Positions 28,335-36,846 of a stretch of 47,168 bases of DNA are shown one piece after another (position 1 is the first letter of the stretch; each line of letters starts with the position of its first letter). The notes beneath the pieces were generated by a model, which saw nothing but the letters and a program-made list of their open reading frames with translations, did no database searches and was not told where the DNA came from. This stretch comes from an uncultured Eubacteriales bacterium. GTDB lineage: Bacteria; Bacillota; Clostridia; Peptostreptococcales; Anaerovoracaceae. The position numbers and the translations under genes are program-made. The stretch covers positions 1 through 47,168 of the forward strand of contig CADBFL010000001.1 in assembly GCA_902793875.1 (NCBI GenBank), in the 5' to 3' direction.

Positions 28335-28514
28335 ATGGCGAATAAATACAGCAAGAGCAACAAATCATCAAAAGCCGCAGAAGAAAAGACGATGCAGGAC
28401 TACGAGGAGCGCAGAAAAAAGCTCAATAAAGGAGCGCGGATAATGGCTCTGGTGCTCGTCGCGTCCATGATCGTGTTCTATGTGATATCGGCCGGACTGC
28501 TCCTTTTCGACTGA
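28335..28514 (+). CDS. Small (59-aa) C-terminally anchored membrane protein, unknown function
   Basis: ATG at 28335 lies 7 nt after GGAAAGGA. The protein reads MANKYSKSNKSSKAAEEKTMQDYEERRKKLNKGARIMALVLVASMIVFYVISAGLLLFD, with a basic N-terminal half and one TM helix. It is just under the ORF-track cutoff. Confidence 0.45.
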   Translation: MANKYSKSNKSSKAAEEKTMQDYEERRKKLNKGARIMALVLVASMIVFYVISAGLLLFD

Positions 28515-28539
28515 TCCCGGGATGCGGCCCGGCCCTTCA

Positions 28540-28575
28540 GGCTGCCCGCAGCCGCCCCGTTCTTTTGTTTTTTTG
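28540..28575 (+). terminator. Probable terminator after rlmH/small ORF
   Basis: GGCTG-CCCG-CAGCC hairpin (28540-28553), followed 8 nt later by TTCTTTTGTTTTTTT. Confidence 0.4.
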
Positions 28576-28658
28576 CGCTTATACTAAAAAAAGTACACGA
28601 CGTAGTCCTTGAAATTACTACGTTAAAAGATTATCAATAGAAAAGACCAATGTTTTGT

Positions 28659-28687
28659 TTGAAGAACACGCCTGCAGATACTATAAT
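28659..28687 (+). promoter_or_regulatory. SigA-type promoter of the V-ATPase operon
   Basis: TTGAAG (28659-28664), a 17-nt spacer, then TATAAT (28682-28687). A 7-bp inverted repeat ACGTAGT-N10-ACTACGT (28600-28623) lies just upstream. Confidence 0.55.
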
Positions 28688-28809
28688 TAGTATGTGTAGG
28701 ACTTTGTTTTTTTGGGAATGAATGACATAGCATTCAAGACATAAAGAGCGAAGGAATCGCTGAAAGTTTTCGGTTAATGAACGTGTTGATCCAGGAACAG
28801 GAGGTGCCT

Positions 28810-29373
28810 ATGGAACTACAGATTCAAGATCTTGTTACCTCTATCCGCAAAGAAGGGGTAGAGGCGGCAAACGCCGAAGCGGAAGCTATCATTGCAGAAG
28901 CCAAAAGGAAAGCCGACTCGATCATCGGCAGCGCAAAAACTGAGGCTCAGCAGTACAAGGACACAGCTGAGAAAGAGATCAATATCCTCAGAGAGAGCGC
29001 CGAGGTGAGCGCCGACCAGGCCAGGAGGGACGCCGTGCTTGCATTCAGGACGGAGATCCAGGGAGAATTCGAAAAGATACTCTCGGCCGCGGTCAGCAAG
29101 GAACTTTCCGGGGAGGCTCTCGGCAAACTGATCCGCGCGGCTGTTGCCGGCGAAGATATCGCAGCTTATACTGCGGAGGTCGCCGAGGTGAGCGATGCTC
29201 TGAAGGGCGAGCTTGCCAGGGAGATCAAGAACGGACTGGAGATCAGACCGACCAGGAGCGTGCAGCAGGGATTCCGGCTTGCGTCAAAGGACGGCTCCGG
29301 TTATTTCGACTGCTCGGATGAAGGAATCATGGAGATGCTGATGCCATACTTCAGAGACCTGGATTTCCAGTAA
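28810..29373 (+). CDS. ntpE: V-type ATPase subunit E
   Basis: 187 aa from the ATG at 28810, 6 nt after AGGAGG. It is a long Ala/Glu/Lys-rich N-terminal helix (EAANAEAEAIIAEAKRKADSI) followed by a globular C-terminal domain. It is the first gene of the operon. Confidence 0.75.
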   Translation: MELQIQDLVTSIRKEGVEAANAEAEAIIAEAKRKADSIIGSAKTEAQQYKDTAEKEINILRESAEVSADQARRDAVLAFRTEIQGEFEKILSAAVSKELSGEALGKLIRAAVAGEDIAAYTAEVAEVSDALKGELAREIKNGLEIRPTRSVQQGFRLASKDGSGYFDCSDEGIMEMLMPYFRDLDFQ

Positions 29374-29388
29374 AGAAGGAGGCAAAGC

Positions 29389-29910
29389 ATGGCTTCGTAT
29401 TATTATCTGATTCCAAGCCTGCCTGAACTGAGAGCAGACGGCGAAATGCCGCTGACCTACAGCGAATTTCTCAACTGCTGCCAGGGGAACGTAAGCGAAA
29501 CGGTATTCGGGCTTCTCAAGGATCTCGAACTGTCCTCGACTGAGGGACCTCTGGTGCGGGAATGGGCGCAGTTCTACGGGATGCTCACGAAAGAGCTCAG
29601 CTACCAGAGGAGCATGAACCTCGGAAAGAGCTACTCGTCGGCATACGACAAGGACGGCATCATCGCGCAGGTCGTAGCATCGGCGCTGTCGGCAAAGAAT
29701 CCGCTCGAGGCCGAGAAGATACTGCTTGAATACGAGTTCGAAAACCTCGATTCACTTGTCGGGCTGCACATGTTCGATGACTATGTGCTTTTCGGATATG
29801 CGATCAAACTGAAACTGCTGGAACGTCTTAACTGTTTCGAGCAGTCCAGGGGCAAGGCTGAATTCACATCCCTCTTCGAGGGACTGCAGCAGCAAGTATA
29901 CAGTTTGTAA
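29389..29910 (+). CDS. DUF2764 protein (occupies the subunit C/d slot in E-DUF2764-A-B-D-I-K type V-ATPase operons)
   Basis: 173 aa starting MASYYYLIPSLPEL, typical of DUF2764. It lies between the E and A subunit genes. Confidence 0.65.
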   Translation: MASYYYLIPSLPELRADGEMPLTYSEFLNCCQGNVSETVFGLLKDLELSSTEGPLVREWAQFYGMLTKELSYQRSMNLGKSYSSAYDKDGIIAQVVASALSAKNPLEAEKILLEYEFENLDSLVGLHMFDDYVLFGYAIKLKLLERLNCFEQSRGKAEFTSLFEGLQQQVYSL

Positions 29911-29922
29911 CAGGAGTGTTAT

Positions 29923-31650
29923 ATGAAGACAGAAACAGGATATGTAGCCGGAGTCAACGGAAACCTGATCAAAGTTGATTTCGATGGCTCCGTTCGAAAG
30001 AATGAAGTTGGTTACATCCTCGTTGGAGATAAACGCCTCAAGGGAGAGGTCATACGTATCAATAACGGGGAGGTAAGCATGCAGATCTACGAGATGACAG
30101 ACGGCATCAAGGTCGGCGACCCTGTAGAGTTCACCGGCGAGCTCATGTCCGTAGATCTGGGTCCGGGACTGCTGACCCAGGTATTTGACGGTCTGCAGAA
30201 CCCGCTGCCTGAACTTGCAGAGCAGTGCGGATTCTTCCTGGAAAGAGGCGTGTACCTTGACGCGATCCCTGACCGCGACTGGGAGTTCACGCCGACCGTA
30301 AAGATCGGCGACCGCGTAGAGGCTGGCAGCACCGTCGGCACAGTGCCTGAGGGTCTGTTCACCCACCACATCATGGTCCCGTTCACACTCAAAGGAAACG
30401 ACTGGACAGTAGAGTCCGTCAAGGCGGCGGGCACATACAACGTGCACGACACGGTCTGCACCATCGTCAACGACAAGGGCGAGAAGAAGGATCTTACCAT
30501 GATCTTCACTCAGCCGGTAAAGCAGGCGGTCAAGTGCTATGCGGAGAGGCTTCGTCCGAACGAACCGCTCGTAACGAAGATCCGCTGTATCGATGCCTTC
30601 CTGCCGGTCGCGAAGGGCGGCACATTCTGCACCCCGGGACCGTTCGGAGCGGGCAAGACGGTACTGCAGCACATGCAGGCCAAGAACTCCGATGTTGACA
30701 TCGTTATCGTAGCGGCCTGCGGAGAGCGTGCCGGCGAGGTAGTAGAAGTACTGAAGGAATTCCCTGAACTGACCGACCCTAAGACAGGGCGTTCGCTCAT
30801 GGAGAGGACCATCATCATCTGCAACACCTCGTCCATGCCGGTAGCCGCCAGAGAGGCGTCCTGCTATACAGCGGTGACCCTGGCCGAATACTACAGACAG
30901 ATGGGACTCGACGTTCTGCTCCTCGCAGACTCGACGAGCCGCTGGGCCCAGGCGATGCGTGAGATGTCCGGACGTCTTGAGGAGATCCCGGGCGAGGAAG
31001 CCTTCCCGGCCTACCTCGAATCGACGATCGCGACCTTCTACGAAAGAGCCGGAAAGGTGCGCCTCAACGACGGATCGATCGCTTCGATCACCATCGGCGG
31101 CACGGTATCCCCGGCCGGCGGTAACTTCGAAGAGCCTGTGACGCAGGCTACGCTGAAGGTAGTAGGAGCATTCCACGGACTTGCGAGAGAGCGTTCCGAC
31201 GCGCGTAAGTACCCGGCCATCCACCCGGTGGAATCCTGGTCGAAGTACGTGGGCGTCGTCGACATGGACCGCATCCACACGGCGCGCGGCATACTCATCA
31301 GAAGCACGGAGGTCAACCAGATGATGAAGGTAGTCGGCGAGGAAGGTACTTCCAGCGAGGACTACATCATTTATCAGAAGGGAGAGCTTCTGGACGCGGT
31401 ATATCTGCAGCAGAACTCGTTCGATCCTATCGACCAGGCGTGCATGCCTGACAGGCAGCGCAGGGAGTTCGATGTGCTCTACGATGCGATGATGCAGACA
31501 TACGCTATAACGGACAAGAAGGAGATCAGAGCGTTCTTCAACCAGCTCAGACAGGAATTCCTCGACTGGCACGGCACTGAGTTCGAGACCAAGGAGTTCG
31601 AGGCTCAGCAGAAGAAGATCACTGACTTCTACATGTCTAAAGTAGGTTAG
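29923..31650 (+). CDS. ntpA: V-type ATPase catalytic subunit A
   Basis: 575 aa with Walker A GPFGAGKT and full-length similarity to V/A-type A subunits. Confidence 0.95.
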   Translation: MKTETGYVAGVNGNLIKVDFDGSVRKNEVGYILVGDKRLKGEVIRINNGEVSMQIYEMTDGIKVGDPVEFTGELMSVDLGPGLLTQVFDGLQNPLPELAEQCGFFLERGVYLDAIPDRDWEFTPTVKIGDRVEAGSTVGTVPEGLFTHHIMVPFTLKGNDWTVESVKAAGTYNVHDTVCTIVNDKGEKKDLTMIFTQPVKQAVKCYAERLRPNEPLVTKIRCIDAFLPVAKGGTFCTPGPFGAGKTVLQHMQAKNSDVDIVIVAACGERAGEVVEVLKEFPELTDPKTGRSLMERTIIICNTSSMPVAAREASCYTAVTLAEYYRQMGLDVLLLADSTSRWAQAMREMSGRLEEIPGEEAFPAYLESTIATFYERAGKVRLNDGSIASITIGGTVSPAGGNFEEPVTQATLKVVGAFHGLARERSDARKYPAIHPVESWSKYVGVVDMDRIHTARGILIRSTEVNQMMKVVGEEGTSSEDYIIYQKGELLDAVYLQQNSFDPIDQACMPDRQRREFDVLYDAMMQTYAITDKKEIRAFFNQLRQEFLDWHGTEFETKEFEAQQKKITDFYMSKVG

Positions 31651-31668
31651 CTGAGAGGACGGTGTGAT

Positions 31669-32964
31669 ATGCAAAAAGTATATACGAAAATAGAATCGAT
31701 CGTAGGCAACGTAGTCACCGTCCGCGCCGAGGGAGTCAGAAACGGCGACCTTGCGCTCGTGGGAGACAGCTATGCCAACGTCATCAAGCTTGAGAAGGAC
31801 ATGGTGTCCCTCCAGGTATTCGCGGGAGCTCAGGGCGTCAGCACGACAGACCCTGTACGCTTCCTCGGCAGACCGATGATGGTATCCTTCTCGGAGCATC
31901 TGCTCGGCCGTGTATTCGACGGAGCGGGCGTGCCGAGAGACAACGGTCCTGCCCTTACAGAAAACATGATCCCTATCGGCGGGCCTTCATTTAACCCGGC
32001 GAAGAGGATCCTTCCTAACAAGATGGTACGTACCGGTATCCCGATGATCGACGTGTTCAACACGCTGGTAGAGAGCCAGAAGCTCCCGATCTTCTCCATC
32101 TCCGGAGAACCATACAACCAGCTGCTGTCGAGGATCGCGATGCAGGCCGAGGTAGACATCATCATCCTCGGAGGCATGGGACTCAAGTACGATGACTACA
32201 TGGAGTTCCGCGACACGCTCGAAAAGGGCGGCGCCATGAGCCACACTGTAATGTTCATCCATACCGCTGCGGACCCTATCGTAGAGTGCACGCTGGTGCC
32301 TGACATGTCGCTGGCCGTTGCCGAGCAGTTCGCTCTCGAAGGAAAGAGAGTGCTCGTTCTTCTGACGGACATGACGAACTTCGCCGATGCCCAGAAGGAA
32401 ATGGCGATCACGATGGAGCAGGTGCCGTCGAACCGTGGCTATCCGGGCGACTTATACAGCTGCCTTGCCTCGCGTTACGAAAAGGCCGTGGATATAGAAG
32501 GAGCGGGCTCCATCACCATCCTCGGAGTAACGACGATGCCGGGCGACGATGTTACCCACCCGGTTCCTGACAACACAGGATACATCACAGAGGGTCAGTT
32601 CTATCTGAAGGGCGGCCACATCGAGCCGTTCGGTTCGCTGTCGCGTCTGAAACAGAACGTAAACGGCAAGACCAGGGACGACCACCGCGCGCTGATGGAC
32701 GGCATGATCAAGCTCTACGCCCAGTACAAGGAATCCCTCGAGAAGAAATCCATGGGATTCAACATGACTGAGTGGGACGACAAACTCCTGAAGTACGGCG
32801 AGCTCTTCGAGAAGAAGATGATGGACCTGTCAGTAAACATCCCGCTTGAGGACGCGCTCGATCTCGGCTGGGACATCCTCGCAGACTGCTTCGATCCTGT
32901 AGAGACGGGAATGAAGACGAGCCTGATCGAGGAAAGATGGCCGAACAAGGAAGCGCTGGCTTAA
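31669..32964 (+). CDS. ntpB: V-type ATPase subunit B
   Basis: 431 aa, a typical non-catalytic B subunit. Confidence 0.95.
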   Translation: MQKVYTKIESIVGNVVTVRAEGVRNGDLALVGDSYANVIKLEKDMVSLQVFAGAQGVSTTDPVRFLGRPMMVSFSEHLLGRVFDGAGVPRDNGPALTENMIPIGGPSFNPAKRILPNKMVRTGIPMIDVFNTLVESQKLPIFSISGEPYNQLLSRIAMQAEVDIIILGGMGLKYDDYMEFRDTLEKGGAMSHTVMFIHTAADPIVECTLVPDMSLAVAEQFALEGKRVLVLLTDMTNFADAQKEMAITMEQVPSNRGYPGDLYSCLASRYEKAVDIEGAGSITILGVTTMPGDDVTHPVPDNTGYITEGQFYLKGGHIEPFGSLSRLKQNVNGKTRDDHRALMDGMIKLYAQYKESLEKKSMGFNMTEWDDKLLKYGELFEKKMMDLSVNIPLEDALDLGWDILADCFDPVETGMKTSLIEERWPNKEALA

Positions 32965-32979
32965 CAAAGGAGCGTGTCC

Positions 32980-33588
32980 ATGGCTATCAAACTAACCAAG
33001 AACGAGCTGAAGAAGCAGAAGGACAACCTTAAGCAGTTCCAGCGCTATCTTCCGACGCTGCAGCTCAAAAAGCAGCAGCTCCAGTCGGTGATAATGGGCA
33101 TACGCAACGAGCTGGAACGCAAGGAAGCCGAACGCATTCAGATGATTGGTGACCTGGACGACTGGATAGCAGTATTCGCAGAGAATGAGATCTTCGACGA
33201 AGACAAGAAACTCGACCGGCTGGTGCAGCCGGACAGGGTGATCGTCAAGGACGAGAACGTGGCGGGCGTCACGATCCCGGCCTTCGAAGAGCTCACGTTC
33301 AAGGACATCAGCTACGATGTGGACGACTATCCGCTGTGGGTAGATACCGCCTGCTTCAAGCTGCGTGAGATCGCCAGGCTGGACGCGATAGTCTCGACGC
33401 TGAGGAAACAGGCCGAGCTTCTTGAGAAGGAGCTCCGCACGACTTCCCAGAGGGTCAACCTTTTCGAGAAGGTCAAGATCCCGGAAGCCAAAGAGAACAT
33501 CCGCGTCATCCAGGTATACCTGGGAGACCAGCAGACAGCTGCCGTTGTCCGCGGTAAGATCTCGAAGAAGAAATTAGTGGAGGTATAG
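32980..33588 (+). CDS. ntpD: V-type ATPase subunit D
   Basis: It starts MAIKLTKNELKKQKDNLKQFQRYLPTLQLKKQQL, a typical coiled-coil D subunit. The ATG at 32980 is 7 nt after AAAGGAG, whereas the track's GTG at 32974 is only 1 nt after it. Confidence 0.9.
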   Translation: MAIKLTKNELKKQKDNLKQFQRYLPTLQLKKQQLQSVIMGIRNELERKEAERIQMIGDLDDWIAVFAENEIFDEDKKLDRLVQPDRVIVKDENVAGVTIPAFEELTFKDISYDVDDYPLWVDTACFKLREIARLDAIVSTLRKQAELLEKELRTTSQRVNLFEKVKIPEAKENIRVIQVYLGDQQTAAVVRGKISKKKLVEV

Positions 33589-33590
33589 CG

Positions 33591-35414
33591 ATGGTAGAAA
33601 AAATGAAAATGGTTCACATCGTGACGACTGCCTCCCGCAAGGATGAGATGCTGAAAGCTCTCCGCGATGTCGGAGTGATGCATCTCGCCGAAAAACAAAG
33701 TGCAGATCGCGGAGTATCCGAACGATTCCAGACCCTGTCCCGCACGGCGATGGCCCTCGGGGACTACGCCGAAAAGAAACAGGTGCCTGCTGAAGAGATA
33801 CTGAGCGATGATGAATTCAACAAAATGTATGCGGGCGTGCTCGAAGCGATCGACCGCAAGGCAGCGCTTGGCCAGGAGATAAGCAGCGCCAACACAGAGA
33901 TCGACAGGATCCGGGCGTGGGGCGAATTCTCGCCGGCCGACGTGGAGGCTCTCAGAAGTGAAGGCTACGATCTCCACTTCTACCGCCTGGGCGACAAGGA
34001 ACTCGAGGCGGCTCTGGAGCATGAGGATGTCAGGCTCATAAGGCTTGCTCCTGTAGACAAGCAGGCTGCTGTCGCGGTGTTCGGCACGCTTCCGGCGGAT
34101 ATCCCGGCAACGGAATTCATGCTGCCGGAGAAGAGCATGAGAGAACTCGAGGCGGACATAAAGACTGCCGGAGAGGGCATCGGGGAATGCGACTCGACCC
34201 TCAGGGCTGCATCCGTCTACGAGAAGAGCTTCAAGGATCAGCTGCTCAAGGCCAGCAACGAGCTCAATTACGCGACTGCCGATGCGACATGTCAGAGCGA
34301 TGACGATTTCGTCTGGCTCTCGGGATACATCCCTGAAGTCGAGATGGACAAGTTCAGGACGATGGCAGAACAGACGCAGTGCGCGTGGGCTGCAGATGAT
34401 GTGGATGAAGACGACGATCAGATTCCTACAAAGCTGAGATATACGAAGGTATCGAAGCTGATCGAGCCGGTATTCAACATCCTCGGCATACTGCCGGGAT
34501 ACAGAGAGCAGGACGTCTCGCTGTGGTTTCTCCTGTTCTTCACTCTGTTCTTCGCGATGATAATCGGAGACGGAGGATACGGCGTGCTCATACTGCTCGG
34601 CACCATAGCTCTCAGAGTAAAGACAAAAGAGAGCTCCACGGTGACCTTCCTGCTCTTCGTACTGTCGATCGCCACCATTGTGTGGGGTGCCGTCACAGGC
34701 ACATGGTTCGGCATGGAGAGCGCCATGAAGGTGCCGTTCCTGAAGGCTCTGGTCATACCGAGTCTGGCTACGTACCCTGAGTACTTCGGCCTTACAAGCA
34801 ACGTGACGCAGAACGCGATAATGAAATTCTCGTTCTCGATAGGCGCGGTACAGATGGCTCTCGGATCCATCCTGGCCATAAAGGACAAACTGGCCAAGAA
34901 AGACCTTTCGTGGGTCGCGAATCTCGGATGGGCCATAGCGGTCATCGCGATGTACCTGCTGGCTCTGAATCTGGTCATACACGACCCGATTCCTCTGAAG
35001 CCGGTATTCGCCATGATAGGCGTAGCGTTCGTCCTGGTGCTGCTCTTCGGCGGAATGTCGCCTGAGCTGAGCTTCGCGCAGGGACTGAAGGCGGGTCTTG
35101 CGAATGCGTTCACGGACTTCCTTGACACCATAAGCTGCTTCGGCAACGTAATGAGTTACATCAGACTGTTCGCGGTCGGAATGGCCGGTGTGGCGATCTC
35201 GCAGAGTTTCAACGGGATCGCGGCCGGCATGAGCGGCCCTCTGATCATACTCGGTGTCCTGGTCGTGCTCATAGGCCACGCACTCAACATAATAATGTGT
35301 TTCCTGTCAGTAGTCGTTCACGGCGTGCGTCTGAACGTGCTCGAGTTCTCCGGCCAGGTAGGCCTGGAGTGGACGGGACTCCCTTACGAGCCATTCAAAG
35401 AGCTTGAAAAATAA
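33591..35414 (+). CDS. ntpI: V-type ATPase subunit I (a-subunit homologue)
   Basis: 607 aa with a soluble N-terminal half and a polytopic C-terminal half. The conserved Arg context is present (NVMSYIRLFAVGMA). Confidence 0.9.
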   Translation: MVEKMKMVHIVTTASRKDEMLKALRDVGVMHLAEKQSADRGVSERFQTLSRTAMALGDYAEKKQVPAEEILSDDEFNKMYAGVLEAIDRKAALGQEISSANTEIDRIRAWGEFSPADVEALRSEGYDLHFYRLGDKELEAALEHEDVRLIRLAPVDKQAAVAVFGTLPADIPATEFMLPEKSMRELEADIKTAGEGIGECDSTLRAASVYEKSFKDQLLKASNELNYATADATCQSDDDFVWLSGYIPEVEMDKFRTMAEQTQCAWAADDVDEDDDQIPTKLRYTKVSKLIEPVFNILGILPGYREQDVSLWFLLFFTLFFAMIIGDGGYGVLILLGTIALRVKTKESSTVTFLLFVLSIATIVWGAVTGTWFGMESAMKVPFLKALVIPSLATYPEYFGLTSNVTQNAIMKFSFSIGAVQMALGSILAIKDKLAKKDLSWVANLGWAIAVIAMYLLALNLVIHDPIPLKPVFAMIGVAFVLVLLFGGMSPELSFAQGLKAGLANAFTDFLDTISCFGNVMSYIRLFAVGMAGVAISQSFNGIAAGMSGPLIILGVLVVLIGHALNIIMCFLSVVVHGVRLNVLEFSGQVGLEWTGLPYEPFKELEK

Positions 35415-35493
35415 CGTTACTTTGATCCCCCGTCCGTTCCGGGAATCCGGGCGAAGCGAAGGATCCGATAATTAAAAGAAAAGGAGAACAACT

Positions 35494-35931
35494 ATGAATC
35501 TTGCACTTATAGGTATGGCTGCGGCCCTTGGTTTATCTGCTGCCGGTTCGGCGTTCGGCGCCGGATTTGCCGGTATGTCTGCAGTAGGAGCATGGAAGAA
35601 ATGTTATGCCAGCGGCAAGCCTGCTCCGTTCATCATGATCGCTTTCACCGGCGCGCCTCTTACACAGACCATTTACGGTTTCCTGCTGATGAACTTCATC
35701 AACGGCAGCGCTGCCAACAATCCGGGACTCGCTCTCGGCGTAGGCCTCTTCGGAGGATTCGCGATCGGAATGTCCGCCCTCTTCCAGGGCAAGTGCGCGG
35801 CGGCATCCGCTGACGCTCTCGGCGCAACAGGAAAAGGTACCGCGAACTACTTCATCGTAATCGGTATCGTAGAGACAGTAGCTCTGTTCACACTCGTATT
35901 CGGACTGCTGCTCCTCAACAGCGCCGCATAG
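35494..35931 (+). CDS. ntpK: V-type ATPase proteolipid subunit K
   Basis: 145-aa, 4-helix proteolipid with T57-Q58, Q98 and the carboxylate E127 (IVETVALF). Confidence 0.9.
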   Translation: MNLALIGMAAALGLSAAGSAFGAGFAGMSAVGAWKKCYASGKPAPFIMIAFTGAPLTQTIYGFLLMNFINGSAANNPGLALGVGLFGGFAIGMSALFQGKCAAASADALGATGKGTANYFIVIGIVETVALFTLVFGLLLLNSAA

Positions 35932-36040
35932 TTAATCACACCTAACGGGGCCTGACCCCGTTAAAGACAACTAACGGACAACTAACGGGGCCTGACTGCC
36001 CCCGTTAGATCATTGCAGAACTGCACAAAGCAAGTTTGAT

Positions 36041-36076
36041 GGAGGGACGGCGAACAGCCGCCCCTCCGTTTTATTT
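36041..36076 (+). terminator. Intrinsic terminator of the V-ATPase operon
   Basis: GGAGGGACGGC-GAACA-GCCGCCCCTCC, with one unpaired base in the stem, followed by GTTTTATTT. Confidence 0.7.
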
Positions 36077-36301
36077 GTGTATCAGATGCCGTATGCCGCC
36101 CGGCCATACACAAAATTACCCTCATGAGGCGGTGCATGAGCTCACGAACGTTCTGTTTTGTGTATGGCCGGTACATATTCTCAAAACGATACACATGATT
36201 GCGCGAAAAGCTGTGTATCGTTTTTCGAAATCGATATACCCATACACAAATCGGCCGATCTGAGGTCTTTTCTCAGGGCCGGGGCCGTCAAAAATGTGTA
36301 T
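36076..36301. repeat. Block 1: seven TGTGTAT/ATACACA cores in alternating orientation forming nested inverted repeats
   Basis: Cores are at 36076(+), 36106(-), 36159(+), 36189(-), 36212(+), 36242(-) and 36295(+). The extended inverted repeats are TTTGTGTAT/ATACACAAA (36074-36114), TTTGTGTATGG/CCATACACAAA (36157-36250, outer) and the perfect 13-bp AAAACGATACACA/TGTGTATCGTTTT (36183-36224, inner). Confidence 0.85.
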
Positions 36302-36323
36302 GAAAAGCAAAGAACTGACGATC

Positions 36324-36550
36324 ATTACACCAAACATGACTCCGGCAAGGATTATTGCAGCGGCTAAGCGCTGTCCGGGTGTAAATCTCGTATGCGCTTG
36401 ATTAGAATTACACCGTTTTCACCGAATACGGTGTAATCCTGCATCCGTGGCCGCCTGGATTACACCCGGATGTATATAAACCCGCCATTATAGCGGGCAT
36501 GATCGCAGGAACGGTGTAATATGGAAAGGCACGGGGATGATTTTACACCC
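36324..36550. repeat. Block 2: seven TTACACC/GGTGTAA cores in alternating orientation
   Basis: Cores are at 36324(+), 36378(-), 36407(+), 36429(-), 36459(+), 36512(-) and 36543(+). The best pair is ATTACACCG-N13-CGGTGTAAT (36407-36437). Confidence 0.85.
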
Positions 36551-36574
36551 GAATAAGCACACAGGCGCTTATCC

Positions 36575-36745
36575 GGACTGTACAGGCTGAAAACGAAGCA
36601 TGGCCCCCCCTGGACTGTACAGGCTGAAAACGAAGCATGGCCCCCTGGGCTGTACAGTCTGAAAACGAAGCATGGCCCCTCCGAATCGTTTAGTCTGAAT
36701 GCGAATTATGGCTTCTCCTGACTGTACAGTCTGAACCTGTACCAT
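36575..36745. repeat. Block 3: tandem 35-37-bp repeats carrying the palindrome CTGTACAG
   Basis: GG(A/G)CTGTACAG(G/T)CTGAAAACGAAGCATGGCCCC starts at 36575, 36612 and 36647. A degenerate fourth copy lies at about 36683, and a partial fifth copy (GACTGTACAGTCTGAACCTGTACC) at 36719. Confidence 0.85.
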
Positions 36746-36750
36746 AGTAT

Positions 36751-36794
36751 ATAAAAAACCGGCAGCGTTCCGATACGGTACAGTGCTGCCGGTT
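36751..36794 (-). terminator. Intrinsic terminator of the minus-strand orphan gene
   Basis: A perfect 10-bp stem AACCGGCAGC/GCTGCCGGTT (36757-36766 and 36785-36794). On the minus strand it is followed by TTTTTTAT. Confidence 0.7.
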
Positions 36795-36846
36795 GTAATC
36801 ATATTATGATCTCTGTCGATTTGTTATCATTCGCCAATTATTGCTG

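Noticed and set aside
36569-36802. 77-aa minus-strand ORF across the CTGTACAG tandem repeats, and the other 60-75-aa ORFs in 35982-36367
   Set aside because: None has an RBS. The ORFs are generated by the repeats themselves, and one runs through the terminator hairpin of the neighbouring gene. The translations have no protein-like features.
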